A stretch of DNA of 64,000 nucleotides from Ideonella sp. (GTDB lineage Bacteria; Pseudomonadota; Gammaproteobacteria; Burkholderiales; Burkholderiaceae_C), in assembly GCF_044358605.1 (NCBI RefSeq), contig NZ_JBIKNQ010000013.1, positions 3,032 through 67,031 of the forward strand, given 5' to 3'. A program made the translations under genes and the position numbers. The notes beneath the pieces are model-generated. The model was not told the DNA's origin. It did no database searches and saw only the letters and a list, made by a program, of their open reading frames with translations. Numbering within the stretch: the first letter of the stretch is position 1; every line of letters starts with the position of its first letter. Shown in pieces: positions 29,400 through 40,031 of the stretch.

Positions 29400-30098
29400 C
29401 TAGACCTCCAGCCACTCTTTGCGCACGTAGCTATCAGCCTTCAGCGCTGTGGGCGTGCCTTCAAAGACGATGCGGCCGTGGCCCATCACCAGGCAACGCT
29501 CGGACACCTCCAGCGCGATGGTGAGTTTTTGCTCCACCAGCAGCACGCTGATGCCGCGCCGCTTTAACTCCCGCAGGTATTCGGCCACCAGCTCCACAAT
29601 CTTGGGCGCCAGGCCTTCGGTGGGCTCGTCGATCATGATCAGGTCTGGGTCGCCCATCAAGGTGCGGCAGAGCGTCAACATCTGCTGCTCACCGCCTGAG
29701 AGCACACCGGCCTCGGTGTGCTGGCGCTCCTTGAGCCGAGGGAATAGTTGGTACATGTCGTCAAAGTCCCAACGGCCCGGCTTCTTGCCGCCCTTTTTGC
29801 CCAGCAACAGGTTTTGGTGCACGGTCAGCTTGGGAAAGATGTCGCGGTTCTCTGGCACATAGCCCACGCCCAGATGGGCGATCTCAAAGGCCTTTTGGCC
29901 CACCAGCTCTTGGCCCTTGAATTGGATGGAGCCCGTCGCATCGACCAAGCCCATGATGGCTTTGACGGTGGTGGAGCGACCCGAGCCATTGCGGCCCAGC
30001 AGGCTGACGATCTCGCCCTCGCCCACCGTGAGGCCCACGCCGTGCAGCACATGGCTCTTGCCGTAATAGGCGTGTACGTTCTCCAATTTGAGCGTCAT
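29400..30098 (-). CDS. livF: ABC transporter ATP-binding protein (LivF type)
   Basis: GRNGSGRST Walker A, LSGGEQQML signature. Confidence 0.88.
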   Translation of the reverse strand: MTLKLENVHAYYGKSHVLHGVGLTVGEGEIVSLLGRNGSGRSTTVKAIMGLVDATGSIQFKGQELVGQKAFEIAHLGVGYVPENRDIFPKLTVHQNLLLGKKGGKKPGRWDFDDMYQLFPRLKERQHTEAGVLSGGEQQMLTLCRTLMGDPDLIMIDEPTEGLAPKIVELVAEYLRELKRRGISVLLVEQKLTIALEVSERCLVMGHGRIVFEGTPTALKADSYVRKEWLEV

Positions 30099-30895
30099 GC
30101 CTGCGCCTCCGCCGCTTGGGTTTCTGCCAAGACCGAGCCCAGATAAGCCTCTTGCACACGCGGGTTGGCGCGCACGGCTTCAGGGGTGTCAAAGGCAATC
30201 ACTTCGCCATAGACCAGCACCGCAATGCGGTCGGCCAAACCAAACACCACGCCCATGTCATGCTCCACGGTCAGCAGGGTCTTGCCCTCGGTCACTTCAC
30301 GGATGAGCTGCACAAAGCGCTTGGTTTCGCTCTTGCTCATGCCTGCGGTAGGCTCGTCCAGCAAGATCACATCGGAGCCACCGGCGATGGTGATGCCGAT
30401 CTCCAGTGCACGTTGCTCGGCATAGGTCAGGTTCATGGCCATCTGATCCCGGCGTTTGTCCAAGCGGATCATCTCCAGCACTTGGTCGGCGCGCTCGTTC
30501 ACCTCTTTCAAATCCGCCAAAAAGCGCCAAAAGGCATAGCGCTGGCCCATGGACCACAGCAGCGCACAGCGGATGTTCTCGAACACCGACAAGCGGGTGA
30601 AGAGGTTGCTGACCTGAAAGCTGCGAGCCAGGCCCATGCGGGCGATCTCAAAAGGCTTTTTGCCGTCGATGCGTTGGCCGCGCAGCAGGATCTCCCCGCT
30701 GCTGATGTCAAAGCGCCCGCTCATCAGGTTGAACAAGGTGGACTTGCCCGCGCCGTTGGGGCCGATGATGGCCACGCGCTCACCCGGTTTGACCTGCAAG
30801 CTGGCCCCGCGAATGATCTCGGTGCGGCCAAAGCTCTTGCGCACATCGCGCAGCTCCAGCGCAAAGGTGTCAGCCGTTGAGGAAGGGGCGCTCAT
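30095..30895 (-). CDS. livG: ABC transporter ATP-binding protein (LivG type)
   Basis: GPNGAGKSTLFN. Start trimmed to ATG 30895, which overlaps the livM stop (TGATG). Confidence 0.88.
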   Translation of the reverse strand: MSAPSSTADTFALELRDVRKSFGRTEIIRGASLQVKPGERVAIIGPNGAGKSTLFNLMSGRFDISSGEILLRGQRIDGKKPFEIARMGLARSFQVSNLFTRLSVFENIRCALLWSMGQRYAFWRFLADLKEVNERADQVLEMIRLDKRRDQMAMNLTYAEQRALEIGITIAGGSDVILLDEPTAGMSKSETKRFVQLIREVTEGKTLLTVEHDMGVVFGLADRIAVLVYGEVIAFDTPEAVRANPRVQEAYLGSVLAETQAAEAQA

Positions 30896-32205
30896 CACAG
30901 GGTCTCCCGACGTTTGATTTCTTTCTCGATCTCTTCCTGGATCTCGCCCCATTGATGATTGAACTGGCGCCGGGCCACCTCAAAGAGGCCCAGGCCTGTC
31001 AGCACCACAAAGACAGAGCCCACCCAGGCATCTTTGCCCAAGGCATTCAGCGTGGTGCCCATGAAGGGGACCTCCGCACCCAAGGCCGCGTTAAGCTGCA
31101 GATGGAACACCATTTCGACCATGGCCGAGGCCCCCACCAGCACCGCTAGGCCCGCGCCTCCAAGTGCCAAGTACGCCGTCCACAGCTTACCCAGCTTGCC
31201 AAACGAGGCCACACGCAGATTCATCATGATCAGCCCTGCAAAGCCGCCGGGCGCATACATGACCATCAGCACAAAGGTCAGCCCCAGGTAGAGCTGCCAA
31301 GCTTGCGTCCACTCCGAGAGCAAGACCAAGGCAAACACCATCAGCACCGCGCCAATGATGGGGCCGAAGAAGAAGGTGGCCCCGCCCAAGAACACGAACA
31401 GCAGATAAGCGCCCGAACGCGCCGCGCCCACCACCTCGGCGTTGACGATCTCGGTGTTGATGGCCGACAGACCGCCACTGATGCCAGCAAAAAAGCCCGA
31501 GAGAATGAAGGCGATGTAGCGCACATGCCGGGTGGAGTAGCCAATGAACTCCACGCGCTCGGGGTTGTCGCGCACGGCGTTGAGCATGCGGCCCAGCGGT
31601 GTGCGGGTCAGTGCAAACATGGCCGCCGTGCAGATGAAGCAATACACGGCAATCAGGTAGTAGACCTGGATCTGCGGCCCGAAGCTGATGCCCCAGACCT
31701 TCTCGCCCACCACGCGATTGCTGGAGATGCCGCCCTCGCCGCCAAAGAACTCGGGCAGCATCAGCGACATGGAGAACACCAGCTCGCCCAGGCCCAAAGT
31801 GATCATCGCAAAGGTGGTGCCGGCCTTCTTGGTGGACACATAGCCCAGCAGAATGGCAAAGCCCATGCCGGCCAAGCCGCCCACCACAGGCACCAGGCTG
31901 ACTGGCAGCCACCAGCCCCCGCCGATTTTGTTGAGGGCATGAATGGCCAGATAGGCGCCTAGGCCGCTGTAGACCGCATGGCCAAAGCTCAGCATGCCGC
32001 CCTGCCCCAGCAGCATGTTGTAGGCCAGGCAGACGATGATGGCGATGCCCATTTGGCTCAGCATGGTCTGCGCCAAGCTGCTGGTCCACAGCAACGGCGC
32101 GAAGAGCAAGACCACAGCAAAACCGCCCCAGATGATCCAGCGCCCCACATTCCAGGGCTTGAAGTGATAGGCGGGCCGGTTCTCGGCCAGAGTGTTTCGG
32201 CTCAT
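30895..32205 (-). CDS. livM: branched-chain/HAAT-family ABC permease (LivM type)
   Basis: 436-aa polytopic membrane protein in liv gene order. Confidence 0.85.
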   Translation of the reverse strand: MSRNTLAENRPAYHFKPWNVGRWIIWGGFAVVLLFAPLLWTSSLAQTMLSQMGIAIIVCLAYNMLLGQGGMLSFGHAVYSGLGAYLAIHALNKIGGGWWLPVSLVPVVGGLAGMGFAILLGYVSTKKAGTTFAMITLGLGELVFSMSLMLPEFFGGEGGISSNRVVGEKVWGISFGPQIQVYYLIAVYCFICTAAMFALTRTPLGRMLNAVRDNPERVEFIGYSTRHVRYIAFILSGFFAGISGGLSAINTEIVNAEVVGAARSGAYLLFVFLGGATFFFGPIIGAVLMVFALVLLSEWTQAWQLYLGLTFVLMVMYAPGGFAGLIMMNLRVASFGKLGKLWTAYLALGGAGLAVLVGASAMVEMVFHLQLNAALGAEVPFMGTTLNALGKDAWVGSVFVVLTGLGLFEVARRQFNHQWGEIQEEIEKEIKRRETL

Positions 32206-32209
32206 GGTG

Positions 32210-33244
32210 TCATTCCTCCCGCGTGCCCAACAAGCCCTTGGGGCGGAAGATCAAAATCAAGACCAACAAGAGGTAGGGCAGGATGGGTGCCACCTGAGAC
32301 AGGGTGATCCGCAAAATCGGATAACCCACCGTGTCAGGCGTTACCACGGCGCCCATGCTGCGCAAGGCATCTGCCAAAGAGGAGTCCACCGTCAGCGGTA
32401 GGGTTTGCAACATGCCCACCACTAACGAGCCCACAAAGGCGCCGCTGAGCGAGCCCATGCCACCAATGACGATGACCGCAAAGATGATGGGCCCGATGTG
32501 CGACATATTGGGTTCGGTCACGAAGGTCACGCCACCAATCACACCGGCCAAGCCCGCCAGCGCACAGCCCGCGCCAAAGACCAACATAAAAACCCGCGGC
32601 ACGTTATGCCCCAAGGACTCCACCATCTCGGGGTGGGTCAGCGCCGCTTGAATCACCAAGCCGATGCGGGTGCGGGTGATGAACAGCCACAAGGCCACCA
32701 ACATGCCCACGGCCACCATCATCATGAAGGCGCGCGTCATCGGGAAGCGCGTGCATTGCACCACCATCTCACCCACGCTTTGGCACATCTCCGGGCTGGC
32801 CAAACCCGACACCACGCTGAGGCCCTCGCCTGTGCGTTGGATCAGCGTGAAGGCTGGGCCTTGCAGCCAGGTGGGCGGCTCAAAGTTCAAGGGAATGCGA
32901 CCCCAGATGAGCTGCACCACTTCGAGCGCCACATAGGACAGGCCGAAGGTCACCAGCAGCTCGGGCACATGGCCGTACTTGTGCACCTTGCGCAGCACAC
33001 CGCGCTCGAACAAGGCGCCCAAGGCCCCGACGATCAGCGGGGCCAAGATCAAGGCGGCCGTGAAGTTGAGCCAGCCCGTCACCGTGTAGGCGACGAACGC
33101 GCCCAACATGTAGAAGCTGGCATGGGCAAAGTTCAGCACGCCCATCATGCTGAAGATCAGCGTCAGCCCGGAGCTGAGCATGAACAGCAGCAGGCCGGAA
33201 CTGAGGCCGTTGAGCAGGTTGATCAGGATCTGGTCCATGGACAC
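32210..33244 (-). CDS. livH: branched-chain/HAAT-family ABC permease (LivH type)
   Basis: 344-aa polytopic membrane protein, MSMDQILINLLNGLSSGLLLFM... Confidence 0.85.
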   Translation of the reverse strand: MSMDQILINLLNGLSSGLLLFMLSSGLTLIFSMMGVLNFAHASFYMLGAFVAYTVTGWLNFTAALILAPLIVGALGALFERGVLRKVHKYGHVPELLVTFGLSYVALEVVQLIWGRIPLNFEPPTWLQGPAFTLIQRTGEGLSVVSGLASPEMCQSVGEMVVQCTRFPMTRAFMMMVAVGMLVALWLFITRTRIGLVIQAALTHPEMVESLGHNVPRVFMLVFGAGCALAGLAGVIGGVTFVTEPNMSHIGPIIFAVIVIGGMGSLSGAFVGSLVVGMLQTLPLTVDSSLADALRSMGAVVTPDTVGYPILRITLSQVAPILPYLLLVLILIFRPKGLLGTREE

Positions 33245-33305
33245 TCTAAAAAAAAGGGCCCGTCACCGACAGGCCCTGGTAGCCATTACTCGCAGAGAAG
33301 CGGGC

Positions 33306-34550
33306 TCAGCCCGGACGCTTCATCTGGCACGAGGTGGGCGTGCTGGAGACATAAGGCTCAAAGGTCTTGACCGGTGCAAAGGTGTAGCCGGTGTTCTCCA
33401 CGCTGTACTTGTTCTTGGCGTCCACCTTTTGCCAAGTCGAGATATAGAGCGTCTGCTGCAACTGGTGGTCGGCCTTGCGCATCTCGACCTCACCGTTAAA
33501 GCTCTTGGTCTTCAAGCCTTCCAGGGCCGCTGCCACCTTGACCGGGTCGGTGGACTTGGCCTTGGCCATCGCATCGCCCAGCAGCGCATAGATGTGATAG
33601 GTGGAGCCGGTGTACCAGTCAGAGTCTGGGTACTTGGCCTTGAAGCCGGCGATGATTTCGCCCGCCACGCCGTCCATATTGGAGTGCATGTAAGAGACTT
33701 GGAAGACCTTACCCGCTGCGGCGGGGCCTAAGGCCGTGGGCGTGCCGGTGACGCCCGCGTAGTAGGTGTAGAAGTTGACGTTCAGGCCCGCATCATTGGC
33801 CGCCTTGACCAACAAGGACAAGTCAGAACCCCAGTTGCCGGTGATCACGGTGTCGGCGCCTGAGGCCTTGATCTTGGCCACATAGGGCGCGAAGTCGCGC
33901 ACCGAGGCCAATGGGTGCAGGTCTTCACCCACGAACTGCACGTCAGGGCGCTTGCGCGGCAGGATGTCCTTGGCGTACTTGGCCACTTGGTGGCCGTGGG
34001 CATAGTTCTGGTTCAGCAGGTAGACCTTCTTGACCTCCGGGCGGTCCTTCATGAAGGTGGTCAGGGCTTCCATCTTCATGGAGGTGTCGGCATCCAGGCG
34101 GAAGTGCCAGTAGTTGCACTTGCTGTTGGTCAGGTCCGGGTCCACCGCCGAGTGGTTGATGTAGAGCACCTCTTTGCCAGGGTTGCGCTCATTGTGCTTG
34201 GCCACCGCTTCCATCAGGGCCATGGCCGCGCCAGAGCCATTGCCCTGGGTCAAATAGCGCACGCCTTGGTCGATGGCCGATTTCAACGCGTTCAAGGTTT
34301 CTGCTGGGCTCAGCTTGTTGTCAATCGGGATGATCTCGAACTTCACGCCGGCTGGGTTGTTCTTATTGAAGCGCTCAGCCACAAATTGGAAGCTCTTGAC
34401 CTGGTTATTGCCCACCGGGCCCATCAGGCCTGTCAGCGGGTCGATCCAGGCGATCTTGACGGTCTCGCCCTTTTGGGCGAAAGCCACCCCGCACATCAGG
34501 GTCATAGAGGCCGCCATGGTCACACCGAAAAGCTTGTGCGTCACGTTCAT
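33306..34550 (-). CDS. periplasmic substrate-binding protein (LivJ/LivK-like; ligand unknown)
   Basis: Start trimmed to ATG 34550 (GGAGAC SD). Signal peptide MNVTHKLFGVTMAASMTLMCGVAFA, then type-I PBP fold pattern. Confidence 0.85.
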   Translation of the reverse strand: MNVTHKLFGVTMAASMTLMCGVAFAQKGETVKIAWIDPLTGLMGPVGNNQVKSFQFVAERFNKNNPAGVKFEIIPIDNKLSPAETLNALKSAIDQGVRYLTQGNGSGAAMALMEAVAKHNERNPGKEVLYINHSAVDPDLTNSKCNYWHFRLDADTSMKMEALTTFMKDRPEVKKVYLLNQNYAHGHQVAKYAKDILPRKRPDVQFVGEDLHPLASVRDFAPYVAKIKASGADTVITGNWGSDLSLLVKAANDAGLNVNFYTYYAGVTGTPTALGPAAAGKVFQVSYMHSNMDGVAGEIIAGFKAKYPDSDWYTGSTYHIYALLGDAMAKAKSTDPVKVAAALEGLKTKSFNGEVEMRKADHQLQQTLYISTWQKVDAKNKYSVENTGYTFAPVKTFEPYVSSTPTSCQMKRPG

Positions 34551-34746
34551 CAAGAGTCTCCTGCAAGGGGTTACAGCGCTGAAGGCTGACAGAAGCTTAC
34601 GGTAGCCCAAGCCAGCGACCTTGGGTTTCAGGGAATGCCCTGTCGCCCTTGAGACAAGCGACCCTCGCGCACGATAGGCACTGCGGTAGAGAGGGGCACC
34701 GCGTTGCATGGCGGCACGGCCAGCAGGGCTTCTCTACACTCTGGGC

Positions 34747-36264
34747 ATGTCTTCTCCGCTTGCTTCCGCCTCCCCGTTCACGCCCGCCGCTTCGTCTTGG
34801 GTCAACCGCTTTGCCCAGTTGGGCCCGGCCTTCTTCACCGAGATGCAGGCCTCTGGGGTGCCGAGCCCCGAATGGCTGGCCCACAGCCCCGCCTGTGCAA
34901 CAACCCTGGGCTGGCCCGAGGATTGGTGGGTGAGCAACCCTGAGGCGGTCGAGGTCTTGAGCGGCAAGGTCCTCTGGCCAGGCATGCAGCCTTTGGCCAC
35001 TGTCTATAGCGGCCACCAGTTTGGGGTCTGGGCCGGGCAATTGGGCGACGGCCGAGCGCTCCTCTTGGGCGAGTTGAACACCCCCAGCGGACCGATGGAG
35101 ATACAGCTCAAGGGCGCCGGTCAAACCCCTTACTCCCGAATGGGCGATGGCCGGGCCGTGCTGCGCTCAACCATCCGTGAGTTGCTGTGCTCCGAGGCCT
35201 TGCACCACCTGGGCGTGCCGACCACCCGGGCCTTATGCGCCACCCATTCGCCCTTGCCAGTGCGGCGCGAGCGGGCCGAGCGCGCGGCGGTGCTGACCCG
35301 CGTCGCGCCCAGCTTCATCCGCTTTGGCCACTTTGAGCACTTTGCGCACCACGGCTTGCACGCTGAATTGCGGCAGCTGCTGGACTTTGTGCTGGCGCAG
35401 CACTTCCCGGCTTGCCAGTCGGCGCCCCAGCCCGCCCTGGCGCTGCTGGGCGAGGTCACCCGCCGCACCGCGCGGCTGATGGCGCACTGGCAAGCCCTGG
35501 GCTTTTGCCACGGCGTGATGAACACCGACAACATGTCCATCCTGGGCCTGACCATCGACTACGGGCCTTTTGGCTTTTTGGATGGCTTCGATCCACATCA
35601 CATCTGCAACCATTCGGATGAGCGTGGCCGCTATGCCTTTGAGCGCCAAGCTCAGGTCGCCTGGTGGAACCTGCATGCGCTGGCGCAAGCCCTGGTGCCC
35701 GTGATCGGGGCCGGCCTGGGCGATGAAGCCGATGTCGAAGCCATTCAGGCCGAACTGGCACCCTTCGCTGCTGAGTTTGAGGCCGAATTCTTGCGACTGA
35801 TGCGGGCAAGATTGGGCTTGGCTGTGGCCCAAGACGACGACAAAACGCTGGTGGATGACTGGCTGCGCCTGCTGGCCCGCCACCACACCGACTACCCCAT
35901 CGCCTCGCGCCGCCTGTGCCACTTCAGCACGGCAGCCGGTGCAGATTGGAGTCCGATCAGAGACCTGTTCATTGACCGAGACGCCTTTGACGCCTGGGGC
36001 GGGCGTTATGCAGCGCGTCTAGAGCAAGAAGACAGTGTGGATGCCGAGCGCCAAGCGCGCATGTGCGCTGTGGTGCCCAAATACGTGCTGCGCAATCATT
36101 TGGCCCAACAAGCCATTGAGCAGGCCGAGCGCGGCGACATGAGCGAGGTGCAACGCTTGCTGAAAGTTTTGTCCCGCCCCTACGACGAACAGCCAGACGC
36201 CGAAGCCGATGCGTCCTTCCCGCCCGACTGGGCACGCCATCTTGAAGTGAGCTGCTCCTCATGA
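34747..36264 (+). CDS. selO: protein adenylyltransferase SelO (YdiU/UPF0061)
   Basis: [47 protein letters not shown]. Confidence 0.92.
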   Translation: MSSPLASASPFTPAASSWVNRFAQLGPAFFTEMQASGVPSPEWLAHSPACATTLGWPEDWWVSNPEAVEVLSGKVLWPGMQPLATVYSGHQFGVWAGQLGDGRALLLGELNTPSGPMEIQLKGAGQTPYSRMGDGRAVLRSTIRELLCSEALHHLGVPTTRALCATHSPLPVRRERAERAAVLTRVAPSFIRFGHFEHFAHHGLHAELRQLLDFVLAQHFPACQSAPQPALALLGEVTRRTARLMAHWQALGFCHGVMNTDNMSILGLTIDYGPFGFLDGFDPHHICNHSDERGRYAFERQAQVAWWNLHALAQALVPVIGAGLGDEADVEAIQAELAPFAAEFEAEFLRLMRARLGLAVAQDDDKTLVDDWLRLLARHHTDYPIASRRLCHFSTAAGADWSPIRDLFIDRDAFDAWGGRYAARLEQEDSVDAERQARMCAVVPKYVLRNHLAQQAIEQAERGDMSEVQRLLKVLSRPYDEQPDAEADASFPPDWARHLEVSCSS

Positions 36265-36728
36265 TTTTCCGCCGCCGCCCCGAACCCCACTCGCATGACG
36301 ACGCCCGCTACCCCGTGCGCAAAGACGAAGCCCAATGGCGGGCAGAGTTAGACCCCACGCAATTTGCCGTGGCGCGCCAAGCCGCCACCGAGCGGCCGTT
36401 TACCGGCGCCTGGTGGGACCATTGGCATGATGGGCACTATCACTGCGTGGGCTGTGGCACCGCGCTGTTTGAATCCGGCACCAAGTTCGACGCCGGCTGT
36501 GGCTGGCCCAGCTATTGGCAGGCCATCGACGAAGGCCGCATCGAGCGCGTGGTCGATGACTCTCACGGCATGGTTCGGGTGGAAGTGCGCTGCGCGCAGT
36601 GCGGCTCGCACCTGGGCCATGTGTTTGAGGACGGGCCTGAGCCGACCGGAGAACGCTTTTGCATTAACTCGGCGGCGATACACTTCGCGCCGCGTCCCGC
36701 AGACTCCGACCCGACGGGTTCTCCATGA
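36261..36728 (+). CDS. msrB: peptide-methionine (R)-S-oxide reductase
   Basis: CVGCG...[16 protein letters not shown]...RFCINS. ATGA overlap with selO. Confidence 0.95.
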   Translation: MIFRRRPEPHSHDDARYPVRKDEAQWRAELDPTQFAVARQAATERPFTGAWWDHWHDGHYHCVGCGTALFESGTKFDAGCGWPSYWQAIDEGRIERVVDDSHGMVRVEVRCAQCGSHLGHVFEDGPEPTGERFCINSAAIHFAPRPADSDPTGSP

Positions 36729-37372
36729 AGTTGTTGCTTGATTTTCTACCGCTGATTCTCTTTTTTGCGACCTTCAAGGGCGCAGAAAACAATAGTGAGA
36801 TGGCCAGCCAATGGGCCACCCAGCACTTTGGCATGCTGGTCTCAGGGGGCGTGGTGGGCCCTAAAGAGGCCCCCGTGTTGCTGGCCACCCTAGTGGTCAT
36901 CATTGCGACCTTGGCGCAAGTGGCTTTTCTCAAACTCAAGGGCCGCAAGGTCGATTTGATGCTGTGGGTCAGCCTCGGCCTGGTGGTGGTCTTGGGCGGC
37001 CTGACCGTCTGGTTCCACAACGAGACCTTCATCAAGTGGAAGCCCAGTGGCCTATATTGGGCCTTTGGCTCGGTGCTGTGGTTCAGCCAAGCGGTGCTAG
37101 GCAAAAACCTGCTCAAAAGCATGCTGTCGGGCGAACTGGACCTGCCGGCCAAAGTCTGGCGCCAACTCAACTCAGCCTGGGTGCTGTTCTTTGGCCTGAT
37201 GGGCCTGCTCAATCTGTGGGTGGCCTACACCTTTGAGCTGTCCACCTGGGTCAACTTCAAGGTCTTTGGCGCCACAGCGCTGATCTTCGCCTTCACGATC
37301 GCGCAAGGGCTGGTGATCGCCAAGCACCTGCCGCCCGACGACGCCGCCGACCCCGGCACGCCCAAGCCATGA
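36725..37372 (+). CDS. yciB: intracellular septation protein A
   Basis: [18 protein letters not shown]...; five TM segments; ATGA overlap with msrB. Confidence 0.9.
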   Translation: MKLLLDFLPLILFFATFKGAENNSEMASQWATQHFGMLVSGGVVGPKEAPVLLATLVVIIATLAQVAFLKLKGRKVDLMLWVSLGLVVVLGGLTVWFHNETFIKWKPSGLYWAFGSVLWFSQAVLGKNLLKSMLSGELDLPAKVWRQLNSAWVLFFGLMGLLNLWVAYTFELSTWVNFKVFGATALIFAFTIAQGLVIAKHLPPDDAADPGTPKP

Positions 37373-37650
37373 ACCCGCCCCGTGTGCATGCCAGCGCGGT
37401 CGAGGCCGCGCTGAAGGACGCTTTAGAACCCGTGCAGCTCGAAGTGAGCGACGACAGCGCCGCCCACGCGGGCCACGCGGGTGCCCGTGAAGGCAGCCAT
37501 TTTTCAGTCGTGGTGGTGAGCCCCTTGTTCGAGGGAAAGCGCCTCTTGGAGCGACATCGCCTCGTGTATGATGCCCTGCGCTTGCTGGTGCCCCAGGGCA
37601 TCCACGCACTCGCCATTCAGGCTCGCGCTCCCAGCGAGCTTGGACGTTGA
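37369..37650 (+). CDS. BolA-family protein
   Basis: 93 aa; DDSAAHAGHAG...HFSVVVVSPLFEGK. Confidence 0.88.
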   Translation: MNPPRVHASAVEAALKDALEPVQLEVSDDSAAHAGHAGAREGSHFSVVVVSPLFEGKRLLERHRLVYDALRLLVPQGIHALAIQARAPSELGR

Positions 37651-37689
37651 TTGTTGATCTCACCCCGAGTCCCCCGAAAGGCGACACGA

Positions 37690-38493
37690 ATGAATTTGAA
37701 GACTACGACCCTGGTCGCCGCACTGGCGGTGTTGATGCCCCTGGCCGCACACGCCCAAAACGTCACCACCGTGAACGGCAAAGCCGTGCCTAAGAGCCGT
37801 GTTGACACCTTGCTGCAGCAAGCCAGCCGCGCTGGTCAGCAAGTGACCCCCGAGATGCAGCAGCGCGCCAAAGACGAAGTCGTGATGCGCGAGATCTTTG
37901 CCCAGGAAGCTGAGCGCAAGGGCATTCCGGCCTCCGCTGAATACAAGGCTCAGTTTGAGTTGCTGCGCCAGACGGTGCTGATCCGCGAACTCTTTGCCGA
38001 TTACGCCAAGAAGAGCGAGCCCTCTGACGCCGAAGCCCAAGCCGAGTACAACAAGGTCAAGGCTCAGAACGGCGGTCAAGAGTACCGCGCGCGTCACATC
38101 TTGGTCGAGAAGGAAGAAGACGCCAAGCGCCTGATCGCCGAGATCAAGGCCGGTGGCAAGTTTGAAGACCTGGCCAAGAAGAACTCCAAGGACCCCGGCT
38201 CCGCCGAGAACGGTGGCGATCTGGACTTTGCCAAGCCCGACACCTATGTGCCCGAGTTCGGCCAAGCCATGGCCAAGCTGAAGAAGGGTGAGATGACCGA
38301 AACCCCGGTCAAGACCCAGTTCGGCTATCACATCATCAAGCTGGAAGACACCCGCGAAGCCCAGTTCCCGGCCTTCGATGAAGTCAAGGCACAGCTCAAG
38401 CAGCGCATGGGCCAAGCCAAGCTGCAAGAGTACCAAGACCAGCTGCGCAAGGCTGCCAAGACGGACTACAAGTTCTCGCAAGGCGGTCAGTAA
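37690..38493 (+). CDS. periplasmic parvulin-type peptidyl-prolyl isomerase
   Basis: Signal peptide MNLKTTTLVAALAVLMPLAAHA. PpiC domain YRARHILVEKEE...GGDLDF...FGYHIIKLED. Confidence 0.9.
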   Translation: MNLKTTTLVAALAVLMPLAAHAQNVTTVNGKAVPKSRVDTLLQQASRAGQQVTPEMQQRAKDEVVMREIFAQEAERKGIPASAEYKAQFELLRQTVLIRELFADYAKKSEPSDAEAQAEYNKVKAQNGGQEYRARHILVEKEEDAKRLIAEIKAGGKFEDLAKKNSKDPGSAENGGDLDFAKPDTYVPEFGQAMAKLKKGEMTETPVKTQFGYHIIKLEDTREAQFPAFDEVKAQLKQRMGQAKLQEYQDQLRKAAKTDYKFSQGGQ

Positions 38494-38541
38494 GCCTCTG
38501 GCTGCGGCCGTCGTCGCACAGACGGCTCGCACCTGAATCCA

Positions 38542-38566
38542 AGGCACCCCTCGTGGGTGCCTTTTT
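38542..38566 (+). terminator. rho-independent terminator after the PPIase gene
   Basis: AGGCACCC-ctcgt-GGGTGCCT followed by TTTTT. Confidence 0.65.
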
Positions 38567-38575
38567 CATGGGCGC

Positions 38576-39259
38576 TTAAACGGCCTGCGGCTGAACCAAA
38601 CGTCCGGCTTCAATTTGCAAGGCGCGGTCGCAGCGAGCGGCCAAGGCGCGGTCGTGGGTCACCAAGACCAGCGTGGTGCCCAACTCGCGGTTCAGCTCCA
38701 GCATCAGGGCCATCACCGTCTCGCCGGTGGCGAAGTCCAGGCTGCCGGTGGGCTCGTCGGCCAGCAGCACTTTGGGCCGCACCACAAAGGCTCGCGCCAG
38801 CGCCACCCGTTGCTGCTCGCCACCCGACAACACCTTGGGATAGTGGTTGAGGCGCTCAGCCAAACCCACCCGCTGCAACATGGCCGTGGCCAAGGCGCGG
38901 GCGTTGCGCTCACCGGCCAACTCCAGCGGCAGCATCACGTTCTCTAGTGCGGTGCGGTTGCCCAGGAGCTGAAAGCTCTGGAACACAAAGCCCAGCTTTT
39001 GGGCGCGCACTGCGGCACGCTCGTCTTCACCCAGCGCGAACAGATCCACGCCGTCCAGCAGCACCCGGCCTTCGCTGGGCACATCCAAACCCGCCATCAA
39101 CGACAGCAGCGTGCTTTTGCCCGACCCCGATGCCCCCACAATGGCCACGGTCTCACGCGGCTCTATGCGCGCCTGGATGTCGTGGAGAATGGTGAGCGTC
39201 CCAGTGGCATCGCTCACGCGCTGGGTCAGGTGTTCAACGGAAATGATGGGATCTGACAT
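38576..39259 (-). CDS. ybbA: ABC transporter ATP-binding protein (YbbA/LolD-like)
   Basis: MSDPIISVEHL..., GASGSGKSTLL, LSGGEQQRVALARA. Trimmed from the 387-aa ORF to ATG 39259. Confidence 0.88.
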   Translation of the reverse strand: MSDPIISVEHLTQRVSDATGTLTILHDIQARIEPRETVAIVGASGSGKSTLLSLMAGLDVPSEGRVLLDGVDLFALGEDERAAVRAQKLGFVFQSFQLLGNRTALENVMLPLELAGERNARALATAMLQRVGLAERLNHYPKVLSGGEQQRVALARAFVVRPKVLLADEPTGSLDFATGETVMALMLELNRELGTTLVLVTHDRALAARCDRALQIEAGRLVQPQAV

Positions 39260-39953
39260 GAGTGTGTGTGCTCGCCGCGCCTTTTTGGCATCGCTGTGGA
39301 AGGGCCACTGTAGCCTGATCGCCTTGGGTTTGCCCGGGGCTGCGCTGATGGCCCCTGAAACTTTGCAGGCAGCGGGCCGTGTGAATGCCAAGGCCAGCGG
39401 CAAGCTCTTGGTGGTGGGCGACAGCCTCTCCGCCGAATATGGCCTGCAGCGCGGTGAAGGCTGGGTGGCTTTGATGGCCCAGCGCCTCGCCCAACAGGCG
39501 CCTGGGGTGAGCGTGGTCAACGCCAGCATCAGCGGGGACACCACCTCGGGCGGACGCAGCCGCTTGCCCGCGCTGCTCAAACAGCACCAGCCGCGCTGGG
39601 TCATCATCGAGCTGGGCGGCAATGACGCGCTGCGCGGCCTGCCCCTTGACAGCACCCGAGACAACCTGGCCAGCATGGCGCGGCTGGCTCGCCAAGCTGG
39701 CGCCCAAGTGTTGCTGGTGGGCATGCAGATGCCGCCCAATTACGGCCAGCGTTATGCCAGCGACTTTGCTCAACTCTTCAAAACCGTGGCCGAGGCCGAG
39801 AAGACTGCCCTGCTGCCCTTTTTGCTGCAAGGCATTGCCGAGCGGCCCGATGCGATGAGCTTCTTCCAAGCCGACCGCATCCACCCCTCGGCCAAAGCGC
39901 AAGGTCAGATGATGGAGAACGTGTGGGTACCGCTGGTGGCCCTCTTACGCTGA
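39258..39953 (+). CDS. tesA: GDSL-family arylesterase / acyl-CoA thioesterase I (TesA-like) with a Tat-like signal
   Basis: ARRAFLA twin-arginine motif, GDSLS, GGNDALRG, DRIHPS. Divergent from ybbA, as in E. coli. Confidence 0.88.
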   Translation: MSVCARRAFLASLWKGHCSLIALGLPGAALMAPETLQAAGRVNAKASGKLLVVGDSLSAEYGLQRGEGWVALMAQRLAQQAPGVSVVNASISGDTTSGGRSRLPALLKQHQPRWVIIELGGNDALRGLPLDSTRDNLASMARLARQAGAQVLLVGMQMPPNYGQRYASDFAQLFKTVAEAEKTALLPFLLQGIAERPDAMSFFQADRIHPSAKAQGQMMENVWVPLVALLR

Positions 39954-39965
39954 GCCTCGACGCAG

Positions 39966-39989
39966 AAAACCCCGCCGAAGCGGGGTTTT
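39966..39989. terminator. bidirectional rho-independent terminator between convergent tesA and the PQQ dehydrogenase gene
   Basis: AAAACCCCGC-cgaa-GCGGGGTTTT. Confidence 0.7.
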
Positions 39990-40031
39990 CTGTGCTCAGG
40001 GGCAAGCCATAGCGGCCTGCCTCGGTGGCGA

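Noticed and set aside
33306-34709. N-terminal extensions given by the ORF track for several genes. Examples: 33306-34709, 38576-39739, 19994-20992, 21393-22502, 40032-41882, 52056-52628, 54555-56060, 34708-36264, 37651-38493.
   Set aside because: Internal Met codons coincide with signal peptides or conserved N-termini, with SD sequences, or with stop/start coupling to the upstream gene. The extensions are Arg/Pro-rich and overlap neighbouring genes or intergenic signals.
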